Virus record (IMG/VR): IMGVR_UViG_3300042468_000945
Coordinates: 54,099 to 118,098 of that record
Source of the DNA: a virus
DNA: 64,000 bases
Strand: one strand, 5' to 3'
In this document: positions 30,414 to 39,762 of the stretch, in pieces
How positions within the stretch are numbered: the stretch's first letter is position 1
Layout: every line of letters starts with the position of its first letter
Program-made: the position numbers and the translations under genes
Notes under the pieces: generated by a model
Told to the model about the DNA's origin: nothing
What the model saw: the letters and a program-made list of their open reading frames with translations, nothing else
Databases searched by the model: none

Positions 30414-31100
30414 TTAAAGTTCTGTGCAGATACCTTCAGCATCCCAACCTGAAATATCAGATACACAAGAGTGGAGAGTTTGAATCCATCCAGCAGGAAG
30501 GTCAGCCCAAGGTACTTCATCAGGCCACATAGTCACCGCTTTTGTAATTGCCAATTGGTCGTCAATAGCTTGTGCAGATACTTGAACGTCTGTTCTTGTC
30601 ATTGGTCTAACAACAAATACACATGTTTCTACAATAATCTTGAAGAGTGGGAATGACGTTGTTTTTCTTAACTCAGTTATCTGTTCATCAGTGATATCAC
30701 CCCAATAATGGTATGGTTGAATCATTTGGGTTCTGGTTGATGGAGCTAGGATTCTATCATTAATATCAACGTCAAGGAAACCTGATTTTTCTTGAATGAC
30801 TTTAGTACAAGAAGGAATAACCCCAATAGGTAAACCAAACTTTTCTTCAATGGTTAATTTTGGCCACAATACACACCTATCAAAGAGTGCTTGGTTAATC
30901 TCATCTACAAATGTAGTAATACGATTCTTCTTACAATTCTCCAACAATTCAAGAATAAAGTGATAGGTTTCCCTGTCAACAACCTTGAAAATCATCTCGT
31001 CACCAGTACCTGCCCACGCCCATTTAAGTAGTGGAACACCAGGATTTGAAAGTTTCAATTCTTTTATTGTTTGTTCGTCTGCTTTACCTTTACCTAACAT
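30414..31100 (-). CDS. Tail assembly chaperone-like protein (internally duplicated)
   Basis: Two similar halves: MIFKVVDR...CVLWP...LPIGVIPS...EKSGF and FVVRPMTR...VTMWP...LPAGWIQT...DISGW. Lies between tube genes and the giant tail gene. Confidence 0.55.
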   Translation of the reverse strand: MLGKGKADEQTIKELKLSNPGVPLLKWAWAGTGDEMIFKVVDRETYHFILELLENCKKNRITTFVDEINQALFDRCVLWPKLTIEEKFGLPIGVIPSCTKVIQEKSGFLDVDINDRILAPSTRTQMIQPYHYWGDITDEQITELRKTTSFPLFKIIVETCVFVVRPMTRTDVQVSAQAIDDQLAITKAVTMWPDEVPWADLPAGWIQTLHSCVSDISGWDAEGICTEL

Positions 31101-31103
31101 ATT

Positions 31104-31937
31104 TTATCCTATAAATAAATCTTCTAATTTAATAATCTGAATGTTTTTAGCTTGGAAAGTATAAGTTTCCATCAATGCTCTACCATCATCTGAAATTACT
31201 TTACTAATTCCACCAAGACTAACACCTACAAGTTTTAATCCGCTTGCAATTTTAGTGTCTGCTTTTGGGTCGTTAGTTGTAGTTGCATCACTTACTAGTG
31301 TATCACTACCTGTAAATCTTAATACTTGTTCACTTTTTATTTGTGAACCATAAATAATATTTAAATCAAAACCACCTAAAGTTGTCTCTAACATACCTGA
31401 ATTGTTGGATATGTTTGCTTGACTGTTAGGGGTAGATGTTTGTAATTCCCTATCATTAACTGTTTTAATAATGTCTGAGAGGAGTTTGCCTTTATATTTA
31501 CCTGCTTTAATGTCTGCTTTAATTGTATCATCATAATTAAAAGCACCATATTCAGTCAATACAGCAGGAATGGGGGAATTAACCTCACTATCTCTTGATG
31601 CAGGTAACCAATTATCCTCTTTCTTTAAGGCATCAAGTAAAGAAAAAAGATAACCATCTCTCTTAAAGTTAAGGGTTAACTCACCAGCAACTATTCTTTG
31701 TCCGTGAATAATTCTATTTGCTACATGACTTGCATAATTATACAGTGGTCTTATTGGTTCTAGAATTTGATATGAGACTTGTACAGCTTCTTCTAGCCTA
31801 ATATTATTAGCATAAACGTTTACATCTAAACCAGACCAGTAAGTAGAATTATAACTATCAACGACTCTCCACCTTTCTTCACTGTTGTAAGATAATCCAC
31901 CCCTCACATTCAATGAGTCTCTATTGGTTTCTTCCAT
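31104..31937 (-). CDS. Tail tube-like protein (paralog 3)
   Basis: WSGLDVNVY...HGQRIVAGELTL...GFDLNI; aligns by eye with 33653..34456. Confidence 0.65.
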   Translation of the reverse strand: MEETNRDSLNVRGGLSYNSEERWRVVDSYNSTYWSGLDVNVYANNIRLEEAVQVSYQILEPIRPLYNYASHVANRIIHGQRIVAGELTLNFKRDGYLFSLLDALKKEDNWLPASRDSEVNSPIPAVLTEYGAFNYDDTIKADIKAGKYKGKLLSDIIKTVNDRELQTSTPNSQANISNNSGMLETTLGGFDLNIIYGSQIKSEQVLRFTGSDTLVSDATTTNDPKADTKIASGLKLVGVSLGGISKVISDDGRALMETYTFQAKNIQIIKLEDLFIG

Positions 31938-31939
31938 GT

Positions 31940-33598
31940 TTACGCCTCTCCTGTATTAGTATTTGATATGGTACTTATAATATCCTCATTGTACAAGAAA
32001 ATGCTCTCAGCATCTTGAGCTAAGAAATCAAACCCAGCAGAACTTGTGTTTACGGAGTTTTTATTCTGTTTCTTTATATAAGTACCAGACCTTGCACCAT
32101 TGTCTTCATATTTAAGTCCGCTATTGCTTATTAAAAGGTAAGGATTAGGAATAAATTCAGTTGAACCGTCAAGGTCACCTCTTGTTGACTGGGTAGTGCC
32201 AGATCCTCCGCTACTCCTTGCACCTAGTCTGTCGTCTGGTACTACTATAATACCCCCACCGCCGCCACCGCCTCCTCCACCTCCACCACCGCTTGGTGGT
32301 GGTGTGTTTGGTTGTGGTGTTACTGGTGCGTTAGGTACAAGAGCATCACAATCAGTCACAACTCCATCTATAATAGCAAACTTATTGTGGTTCCATATAT
32401 CACCACTAAGATAAGCATGGCTTGGACCTTTTAATGTTATATTTACAACACTACCATACCCATCATCAACAATATCAAGAATTTGAATTGGATTAAAGTC
32501 TTTATCCAACAGAAAGTCCCCAATATGTAGTTCACTTAATAGCTTGTATTTGTCACAATCATCTTTACTAACACAAAATCTGTGGGTTTTGGTGCATTTA
32601 ATTATGCCATTGTTTGTGTAAACTCTGTATACTTTTTGGTTTGCAGCATGTTTAATGTGGGTGATTTCTTCTTCACCAAACCATGAATCAACAAACTCAC
32701 CAACAACTAAATCTTCTACTTTCTTACGTCCATTTTTTGTAGGTACTTCAGATCCATATCTTAAACAATTAATACAAGTTAGACCTAAATCTCCTGAGTC
32801 TGGAACCTCTTCTGGAGGTATGATAGGTGGGGTGTTTGGACTAGTTCCACCTCCACTTAAACCAGAATCAACCCCAGTTAAGTCACCACTAACAGCACCA
32901 ACTAAAGCCGCAATAATGGTGTTGGTTAAAATAATAGAAGGAAGTGTACCCACCACTTTATCAGCAGTAGCTTGTACTTTGCTTGTCGTTGTTTTACTAT
33001 AAACATCAAACCCAGACAAGTCTTGTATTTCAGATATGGCTTCTGCCATAAAGCTAAAAGTTTCATTAAGCACAATATTATCTGTACTTACACTCTTAGC
33101 AGAGTCCAGGATGTGTATCCCTCTAATATGGAAATAAGCGTTATCTCCTTTTATTTGGCTACTTTCAAATAAAACCAATAGATCAAAAGGAGGCAATTCA
33201 TCAGGCAGAATTGTGTAGGATTGGAAAGCATTCCCCATCCATGCAGCGTATTCTCTTATGAGTGGTGCAAATGGGTTTTCATTAATAAACGAAAATGCAA
33301 TGGAACCAGCAACCATTCTATGCCCTTTAGTTGTGGCTCTAATACCTCTTCTACCAAGACTAACTACAGGGTATTTATCTCTGTGAGTAGATATAGAAAG
33401 AAGAGATACGTTATGTAAATCTATTTGGGCTAATTTTGAATTTTGTGCTTGCTTTGAATAAGGAATCAAAGCAGTAATCTTCATATTGGCAAAAGAGTAA
33501 TTCTTTGCTCGTTGCCAGGATACGGGTGGGTTAGAACCTTTAGTCCATACAAATCCACCACCGGTGTTGTCACCAACATTTAGAAGATTACCTGTCAT
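31940..33598 (-). CDS. Tail tube-like protein (paralog 2) fused to a Hint domain
   Basis: N-terminal LGRRGIRATTKGHRMVAGSIAF...LPPFDL tube-like domain; Hint domain at residues 278-405 between Pro/Gly linkers. Confidence 0.7.
   Translation of the reverse strand: MTGNLLNVGDNTGGGFVWTKGSNPPVSWQRAKNYSFANMKITALIPYSKQAQNSKLAQIDLHNVSLLSISTHRDKYPVVSLGRRGIRATTKGHRMVAGSIAFSFINENPFAPLIREYAAWMGNAFQSYTILPDELPPFDLLVLFESSQIKGDNAYFHIRGIHILDSAKSVSTDNIVLNETFSFMAEAISEIQDLSGFDVYSKTTTSKVQATADKVVGTLPSIILTNTIIAALVGAVSGDLTGVDSGLSGGGTSPNTPPIIPPEEVPDSGDLGLTCINCLRYGSEVPTKNGRKKVEDLVVGEFVDSWFGEEEITHIKHAANQKVYRVYTNNGIIKCTKTHRFCVSKDDCDKYKLLSELHIGDFLLDKDFNPIQILDIVDDGYGSVVNITLKGPSHAYLSGDIWNHNKFAIIDGVVTDCDALVPNAPVTPQPNTPPPSGGGGGGGGGGGGGIIVVPDDRLGARSSGGSGTTQSTRGDLDGSTEFIPNPYLLISNSGLKYEDNGARSGTYIKKQNKNSVNTSSAGFDFLAQDAESIFLYNEDIISTISNTNTGEA
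32384..32767 (-). other. Hint (intein-like/BIL-type) autoprocessing domain
   Basis: C1 CLRYGSEV, block B CTKTHRF, block F VVNITL, terminal WNHN followed by Lys; 128 aa; no endonuclease. Confidence 0.85.
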
Positions 33599-33614
33599 AC
33601 AAATTCAAATAGTA

Positions 33615-33638
33615 CCTGGGTGGAGATTTCCACCCAGG
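33615..33638. terminator. Intergenic stem-loop after the tail tube gene
   Basis: cctgggtgga-gatt-tccacccagg, perfect 10-bp stem; followed on the minus strand by TACTATTTG rather than a pure U tract. Confidence 0.6.
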
Positions 33639-33652
33639 ATTTTGTTTAACTA

Positions 33653-34456
33653 TTATCTATTAATAGTTTCAATAGCTGTCCAAGGAGTGACAGCAAGAGC
33701 TACAAAAGCCATACCGACAGAGTTACCCATGTCGTTTTGGCTGTAACCGCCAGTTTCTTGAGTAATTTGAATACCGTGAAGCAGACAACGAGCAGCAGCA
33801 CCAGACTTGTTCACACCAACTAACGCAATGTCAAATGGAGGAATTTGGTCAGAATACATAACCTTCGTATCTCGTACAAACCTAGCAGCATCAATAATTT
33901 GATCTCTAAGTTGGTCTTGTTGATCTTGAGCACTTAGACCTCTGAAGTTAGACAAGTTACCAAGGTTGTTTGCATCAGTATTGCTGAAGCTTGATGTAAC
34001 ACCCAAAGGATTTGATCCCCTTGTATTTGCTGTGTTTACATTTCCATTAGCAAGATTGACTCCATTAGTAGGTGCTCCCGATGAGAGGTTCCACAAGTCG
34101 CCAATTGTACCGATGTCTAAACCATTCACTTTATTGTGAAGTTTAAATACTTGTTGAAGCAATGCGTGTCTTGCAAATTGTTGCAAAACCATAGAACCAA
34201 CTACAACACGCTTACCTTGAGTAAAGGCAACTGGGTCTCTTCGACCCATGACGTGGTTACTAACTGTTTCTGTTTGAATTGTCCAAGATACTGCTTCAAC
34301 GTTACCAACCTTGATTTCGTTGAAGTATACTTGTAGGTCATGACCTGAGAAAGTTGAATCAGCAAAATCCGCAACGCTGAATGCATCTCTAACAGGCTTA
34401 TAGTTCGCACTCTGCGGACTGTATGCGGTTCTTTGAAAAGGGTTTGTTCTAGCCAT
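33653..34456 (-). CDS. Tail tube protein (paralog 1)
   Basis: Directly downstream of the sheath gene; FSGHDLQVYF...MGRRDPVAFTQGKRVVVGSMVL...IPPFDI. Confidence 0.72.
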   Translation of the reverse strand: MARTNPFQRTAYSPQSANYKPVRDAFSVADFADSTFSGHDLQVYFNEIKVGNVEAVSWTIQTETVSNHVMGRRDPVAFTQGKRVVVGSMVLQQFARHALLQQVFKLHNKVNGLDIGTIGDLWNLSSGAPTNGVNLANGNVNTANTRGSNPLGVTSSFSNTDANNLGNLSNFRGLSAQDQQDQLRDQIIDAARFVRDTKVMYSDQIPPFDIALVGVNKSGAAARCLLHGIQITQETGGYSQNDMGNSVGMAFVALAVTPWTAIETINR

Positions 34457-34478
34457 TTTTATATTTTCCTATTATAGA

Positions 34479-36233
34479 TTAGTCAACTTGTCTCACTGAA
34501 ACATTCAACTTAATTTGTCTAATCGCACTAGAAAGAGCAAGTTCTAACAACACAGTTACGATACCTAATGCTGCTTCGGTTCCAGCCATTTCAATGCTGA
34601 AGTCGTATCCTTCTCCTCTACTACCTCTAAGACCACCAGACAATGCGTATCCAGCCAAGACGTTTTCCACCTTAGCTTCCATAGCTGCCTGAGTTCCATA
34701 ACCCAAAGTCTGTCCAATGAACGGTCTAAGAGCAACTTGAATGTCCTTTTGAATAGATGCACACATATTCATTTGCTGATAATTTCTGAAGAAATCATCT
34801 CTAGCAGATGCAGTAACATCATCATTGATAACCAAAGGTCCAAGAGGACTGATTTGGTCTCTGACGAGTACAACGTATGCTCCACCACCGCTGACATTGT
34901 TATTAAGGTCAGCACCTACTCCATTACCTAACAACACAGCAGTGCTTTGTGGGAATGGTCTAGTATAACCTTTAATACCTGGCAGGGTTCTTTGAGTTGT
35001 TGATTGCTCAGGTGGAATAGTAGTCAAGAATGCAGCGTAAGATACGTGTGGTTGGTAGTTGTAATCTCCGCCCATGTCTGGGTGATTGTAGATTACGTCT
35101 GGACCAGCAACAACAGATACGTTACTGAAGACATCTTTAAGAGTGCCATTAGTACCAGATCGAGTTCTTCCAGTAGCAAGAATAGGACCAGCTTTAATCC
35201 ACTTAGATGCTTGTCGGTAATATCCGTATGATGTTGCTAACAACGAATCATTAGCGTAAGTAATGATATCAGCATTATCTCTAAGAGGATTGCTTCTAGT
35301 AGCCATAACTCCATGACATTGTGTTTGCTCTGAGCTTACAGCATCAATGAAGTCAGCAAAGTCATTAAGCAGGGATGTTGAAGTTGCGTTTCCACCAGCA
35401 GTTACCTGGTCATCAACGTGAACACCTGTCAATACAGCTACATCAAATGGGTATCTACTATCTCTAATTGATTGGAATGTTCCAGTCGTTGCGTTAACAA
35501 GTCCGAGAGCATAATCAAACAGACCACTTCCAGATGTTGTAAAGTGTTCAGGACCATAAGTTTCGCCTCTTGCAAAGCAACCATTAGTACCACCTGTAAA
35601 GTTAGCTGTACCAGAAGTTGCAGCATAGATTGAGGACAATGTAGAAGCAAGATATGGATTTACAGTAGCAGAAGTATCATTAAAATCAATACTCTTATTT
35701 GCAAAGTTTGTATTGACTCGAATAATAAATTCGCCTAATGTAGTACCACTTGCGCTACCTGTAAGGACTAGGTTACCACCCTTTGTTAAAGGTTGGGTCA
35801 AGGTAAAGGTATAAAGGTCACCTACAATACCTAGAGATACAGATTGGGTATTGTAGATTCGTCCTGGGTTTCTAGCAACACCTGTTAAGTATCCACCACC
35901 ACCCAAAGTTACAGTTGCTTTGGTTCCTGATGCTCTAACAGCAACAATGTCCCGCGCACCAGCAGCAATTGCTTGTGCAATAGCTAATGGCAGAGTACTT
36001 CCAGCATACTTGTTAGATTCAGTGCCTGTAGTCGGGTCTAGGTAGCCCTTACTATAATTTGCAGGTCCGAATACTCGTTCTGCTTGTGTTCCGTCAGTGA
36101 TACGAACAGGACTATTTAAAGGACCATCCTGTGCTGTACCGATAATAAGTAAAGTGTTTGTTGAAGGACCTTCAACAATTTGCTTTATCTTCCCTCCAAA
36201 AAGTGAAGAGGTAAATCCAGTTCTTATTGCCAT
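34479..36233 (-). CDS. Tail sheath protein
   Basis: LLIIGTAQDGPLNSPVRI..AERVFG N-terminus; sheath-like C-terminus (VALRPFIG...VLLELALSSAIRQIKLNVSV); AGGAG RBS. Confidence 0.85.
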   Translation of the reverse strand: MAIRTGFTSSLFGGKIKQIVEGPSTNTLLIIGTAQDGPLNSPVRITDGTQAERVFGPANYSKGYLDPTTGTESNKYAGSTLPLAIAQAIAAGARDIVAVRASGTKATVTLGGGGYLTGVARNPGRIYNTQSVSLGIVGDLYTFTLTQPLTKGGNLVLTGSASGTTLGEFIIRVNTNFANKSIDFNDTSATVNPYLASTLSSIYAATSGTANFTGGTNGCFARGETYGPEHFTTSGSGLFDYALGLVNATTGTFQSIRDSRYPFDVAVLTGVHVDDQVTAGGNATSTSLLNDFADFIDAVSSEQTQCHGVMATRSNPLRDNADIITYANDSLLATSYGYYRQASKWIKAGPILATGRTRSGTNGTLKDVFSNVSVVAGPDVIYNHPDMGGDYNYQPHVSYAAFLTTIPPEQSTTQRTLPGIKGYTRPFPQSTAVLLGNGVGADLNNNVSGGGAYVVLVRDQISPLGPLVINDDVTASARDDFFRNYQQMNMCASIQKDIQVALRPFIGQTLGYGTQAAMEAKVENVLAGYALSGGLRGSRGEGYDFSIEMAGTEAALGIVTVLLELALSSAIRQIKLNVSVRQVD

Positions 36234-36272
36234 TTGTTATCTCCTAATTATTAATAGAGTGCTTTTTATTCC

Positions 36273-37190
36273 TTAAGTTTCTTCTTTTTTTATGGTTGTA
36301 GGATAATTTAAGTAACCATCCCTAATTGTTTGTGTTGTAGTTCCTGAGTAATAAGCATACTCAACAATGAAGCTTTCGTTTTCTTTGGGTGGTGCCCCAT
36401 ATTCTCTAAGCCATTTAAGACTTTTGATTGTGTTATCAGTTTCTAATACTTTTTGATAGTCTGCACCTTCGTATAGCTCAATAAGTACGGTAGAATTGGG
36501 TTTTCTCTTCCTTACGGAAAGTACTTCTGAGATTCTTTGGTTTGAGTTTCTTGTTGGTATTGTAAATAATGTGCTATTGCTATCTGGTTGAACTATAATG
36601 TCAGTAATGTCTTTCATTAATCCTAACCTTTTTTCTACTCTAATTTCTCGTAGTTCTGGAAGGATTACTTTGCGTCTAACAGGGAAGAGTAACTGAAATC
36701 TGCAAGTTCTAACTAGTAAATCATCAACTCTCTGCCAAGCATAGTGTGTGTCTTCGTATTGTTGTTCAAATGATAGTGATAAACCTTCAACTAGTCTTTG
36801 TAACTCACCTTCACAATCAATTACTGCATTTTCAAGGTCCCAGGCAATGTCATCAGCTTCATCACTAGAACTAGAGAAAACAGAAAACTCTAAGTGTATG
36901 GTGTGTTGTTGTTTGTGTTGTTCTACAACTTGTCCAAACTCATCAGAATGTAATTGTCTCTCAAAATTAGCTCCTCTTGCTTGGGCGGTCTTATTCTTAC
37001 CACCACCAGGAACTCTTTTAATTGTCTTATAAACTATGGTTGATTTATTTACGCTTTCTTTGGGATACGCATTAGAAAACCCAACATCGTATGTGTTTTT
37101 AAAATAATCCCCTATAAGCTCATAAATGTAACTACCAACTTTATAAGGATTAAAGTCGCTCCTATTGTCTGAATTACTATTTAAAAGCAT
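36273..37190 (-). CDS. Hypothetical virion protein (tail completion/terminator-like)
   Basis: 305 aa; IHLEFSVFSSSSDEADDIAWDLE pattern; lies between the sheath paralogs. Confidence 0.45.
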   Translation of the reverse strand: MLLNSNSDNRSDFNPYKVGSYIYELIGDYFKNTYDVGFSNAYPKESVNKSTIVYKTIKRVPGGGKNKTAQARGANFERQLHSDEFGQVVEQHKQQHTIHLEFSVFSSSSDEADDIAWDLENAVIDCEGELQRLVEGLSLSFEQQYEDTHYAWQRVDDLLVRTCRFQLLFPVRRKVILPELREIRVEKRLGLMKDITDIIVQPDSNSTLFTIPTRNSNQRISEVLSVRKRKPNSTVLIELYEGADYQKVLETDNTIKSLKWLREYGAPPKENESFIVEYAYYSGTTTQTIRDGYLNYPTTIKKEET

Positions 37191-37216
37191 ATTTAAACAT
37201 CTTTAACAAATAGAGA

Positions 37217-39145
37217 CTAAGAAACCATAACATTAAATGATATTTTTAGTATCTGAGAAAAAATAAGTCCCTGAATAAATACAGTTAACACACCGTCATT
37301 CAAATAAATAGTGACATCTTCAATAGTTATATTCTTAATTTGGTCTAAGATTCCTTTTAAGGTGTTTGATAAGTTTGATTGGTAGCCTTGTTGTAAATTG
37401 TTTCCAAGGAATTTTCTAAGATATTGTACTGCGTGTTTTTGTATTTCACAAACTTTTGAATTATAATTATAACTGAAAGTAGAATCAGAGCAGACTGAAC
37501 TATCCACAGCCACACTATTATTACCTATCCATCGTCTGAATACATTTATACCATTAAGGTATGCAAATTCAATTTCTGGTTCAGCATAGTTAGGTGTTGT
37601 TCTTAATATTTTACTAGGTTTATTAGTTAACAGACCATCATTTTCTAGTAAAATTAAACTCACAGCATTTACTGAATTCTGTACCCATGTCTGTCCGTTA
37701 ATACTTAAATCACAAGTTCCAGCAAATAATGTTACAAATGGGTGTCGTATTTGTAGTTGTCTTAGGTAAGACATGATATCGTCAACATTGTTTTCATTAC
37801 CAGCAGAAGCCACCACACCCACCGTTACATCGTCAATTGTAGTATTTAAGTGGTCGTCGGTATCTATTAACAATAATTCTATTCGTGTTGCGGGTTTATT
37901 AAATTGACAACCAAAAAAGTATTTTGCTTCGGCTACGACACCAGTTAGTGATGTTGTTTCGTAAATAATATTGTTCTGATCAAAAGCTGTCAATCTGTAG
38001 CTTTCTGATCCTTTACAACTCCAAAAACCAAAAGAACTTATTTTTTTGTTTGCTGGAGGAGTGAATGTCAATGCTCCTGAACTTACTGGGAAAAGCCTAA
38101 GTGACTTTGTTCCAGAGTACGCAACATACCCTGAAGTAGTAGGGTTTAAATTGTCAACTACAATAGCTCCTGTTGGCGAGATTGAACAACCTTCTATTGT
38201 GCTCAAAACAGTTCCACTTAATGTAGCCTCAAAAGTGTTTATTGGTGCAAACGGGTTTTGCAAGCCAAAAGTAGTTGATGCAACCAATCCCCCACTATAG
38301 TTAACACCACCAACAAGTCTTGGAACTTGGAAGCAAAATTGTCTTAATTGATTAAAATTATCGTTGTAGAAGTCTGATATTCTTCCCATTATATTGTTAT
38401 CAATGTGTCCAAGAACAACAACATGAGTAACATTATATGGAATCTCATTAATATCTAAAAACTCATTAATACTATTAAAATCAACAGCACCATCTGAACC
38501 ATTAGATAATGTATAAGTGTCGTCAGGTGGGAAAGCTTCTATATTATATTTACTAATATAAAAAGGCAATAACCCACTATCACAGTCTCTGTTTATCTTA
38601 CTAACAACAGTGTCAACATCACCAAAATAAGTTTTTTCAGGGTAGTTTTCAAATGCTTCAAAGATAATTCCTGATGTGCTTATATCTAAGCTAATATTAT
38701 TGTATTTTATTCCACGATATTTGGATGTAAAAACCCAATCATCTAGATCACAATTTGCAGATACTCCACCTAACCTACCACAATAGAAATTAGTTTGACC
38801 GTTTTCAAGTAAGTAAGTGGCATTACTAATAATGTCAGATGATTCTGTATAGGGACAATAATGTAAATTAAGTAACTTACCTGTACCTCCAATTGACCCA
38901 AAATAAAGTGTTTTATCTTGTACTGTTGGAGAATATAGAATACCAGTCAACAAGGTATCTGAATTCTTTACAGTTGTTTGTGGTGTATAATCCAGTATTG
39001 CTGATGTAGCTGTCGCTGTAAGGGATACGTTTTGTATGTACTCTCCACCAAATGTCTGTTTAAGTGTTGTTAAGTTATTAACTTGAACACAAGTATTTGA
39101 TGGTCCATCAGTAGCTGTACCTAATATTAAAACGTTTGTCGCCAT
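37217..39145 (-). CDS. Second tail sheath-like protein with inserted domain
   Basis: MATNVLILGTATDGP...LKQTFGG parallels the sheath N-terminus; LRKFLG in the C-terminal region; about 150-aa beta-rich insert. Confidence 0.65.
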   Translation of the reverse strand: MATNVLILGTATDGPSNTCVQVNNLTTLKQTFGGEYIQNVSLTATATSAILDYTPQTTVKNSDTLLTGILYSPTVQDKTLYFGSIGGTGKLLNLHYCPYTESSDIISNATYLLENGQTNFYCGRLGGVSANCDLDDWVFTSKYRGIKYNNISLDISTSGIIFEAFENYPEKTYFGDVDTVVSKINRDCDSGLLPFYISKYNIEAFPPDDTYTLSNGSDGAVDFNSINEFLDINEIPYNVTHVVVLGHIDNNIMGRISDFYNDNFNQLRQFCFQVPRLVGGVNYSGGLVASTTFGLQNPFAPINTFEATLSGTVLSTIEGCSISPTGAIVVDNLNPTTSGYVAYSGTKSLRLFPVSSGALTFTPPANKKISSFGFWSCKGSESYRLTAFDQNNIIYETTSLTGVVAEAKYFFGCQFNKPATRIELLLIDTDDHLNTTIDDVTVGVVASAGNENNVDDIMSYLRQLQIRHPFVTLFAGTCDLSINGQTWVQNSVNAVSLILLENDGLLTNKPSKILRTTPNYAEPEIEFAYLNGINVFRRWIGNNSVAVDSSVCSDSTFSYNYNSKVCEIQKHAVQYLRKFLGNNLQQGYQSNLSNTLKGILDQIKNITIEDVTIYLNDGVLTVFIQGLIFSQILKISFNVMVS

Positions 39146-39150
39146 ATAAA

Positions 39151-39762
39151 TTACCAGTAAGTTGTTCTAGACCACTCTTCTTCTTTGAAAATCGGAGTGT
39201 CTATTGTTAGTGGAATATTTTTATCAAGCAGATTTTTATCAATATTTGTATTTTTTAGGTTTATGCCAATGTATGCAACTTCTCTTTCAAACCTATCAAC
39301 AACTGATTTAATAGTTAGTGCATCAGTAAAACGAAGAACTTTTCTTTTAGGGTTAACAGGAACTTGTTCAATAGGAATGTTCCACTCACAAATTAAAATA
39401 ATATCTTCAAGTTCTGGTTTAATAACTCTTGGAATATATCCAGTATAACTCCAAACTTCAAGATAACCAGCTTCGCTTCTTACTTCACCTTGTGTGCTTG
39501 CTAGTCCTTGTGCAAGCCTTATAGGGATGATCTTAGGGGTAACCAGTCTCCCAGTACCCCAACACTTACTGCAAGCCTCTTCGGTCACCCTAGCTATGGT
39601 AGTGGACGCATCTGAATCGCTCCAATGCTTTGCACACTTATCCTCATCGCGCAACCTTAAATAAATTGCGTAATCTGGGTTTTCAAAGATGAACTTTTCC
39701 GCACTGTTGCCAATAGGATAAGCTTTCTTCCAGTTAGATCTAGATTGACCCCACTCTGACAT
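39151..39762 (-). CDS. Hypothetical neck/head-closure-like protein with CxxCxGxG motif
   Basis: CSKCWGTG; lies between capsid and sheath genes. Confidence 0.45.
   Translation of the reverse strand: MSEWGQSRSNWKKAYPIGNSAEKFIFENPDYAIYLRLRDEDKCAKHWSDSDASTTIARVTEEACSKCWGTGRLVTPKIIPIRLAQGLASTQGEVRSEAGYLEVWSYTGYIPRVIKPELEDIILICEWNIPIEQVPVNPKRKVLRFTDALTIKSVVDRFEREVAYIGINLKNTNIDKNLLDKNIPLTIDTPIFKEEEWSRTTYW

Noticed and set aside
29698-31100. Programmed frameshift joining the tail chaperone genes
   Set aside because: A clear terminator and about 200 nt separate the two ORFs; no convincing slippery site at the end of the first.
26100-32300. GGN/CCN-rich tandem stretches at about 26120-26190 and 32255-32295 as possible DNA repeats or CRISPR
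   Set aside because: They are poly-Gly linkers in frame with long ORFs; there is no repeat-spacer periodicity and I saw no CRISPR array in the window.
32384-32767. The Hint domain as a third canonical intein
   Set aside because: The +1 residue is Lys, there is no endonuclease, and it sits in a low-complexity linker rather than a conserved motif; reported as a BIL-type domain instead.
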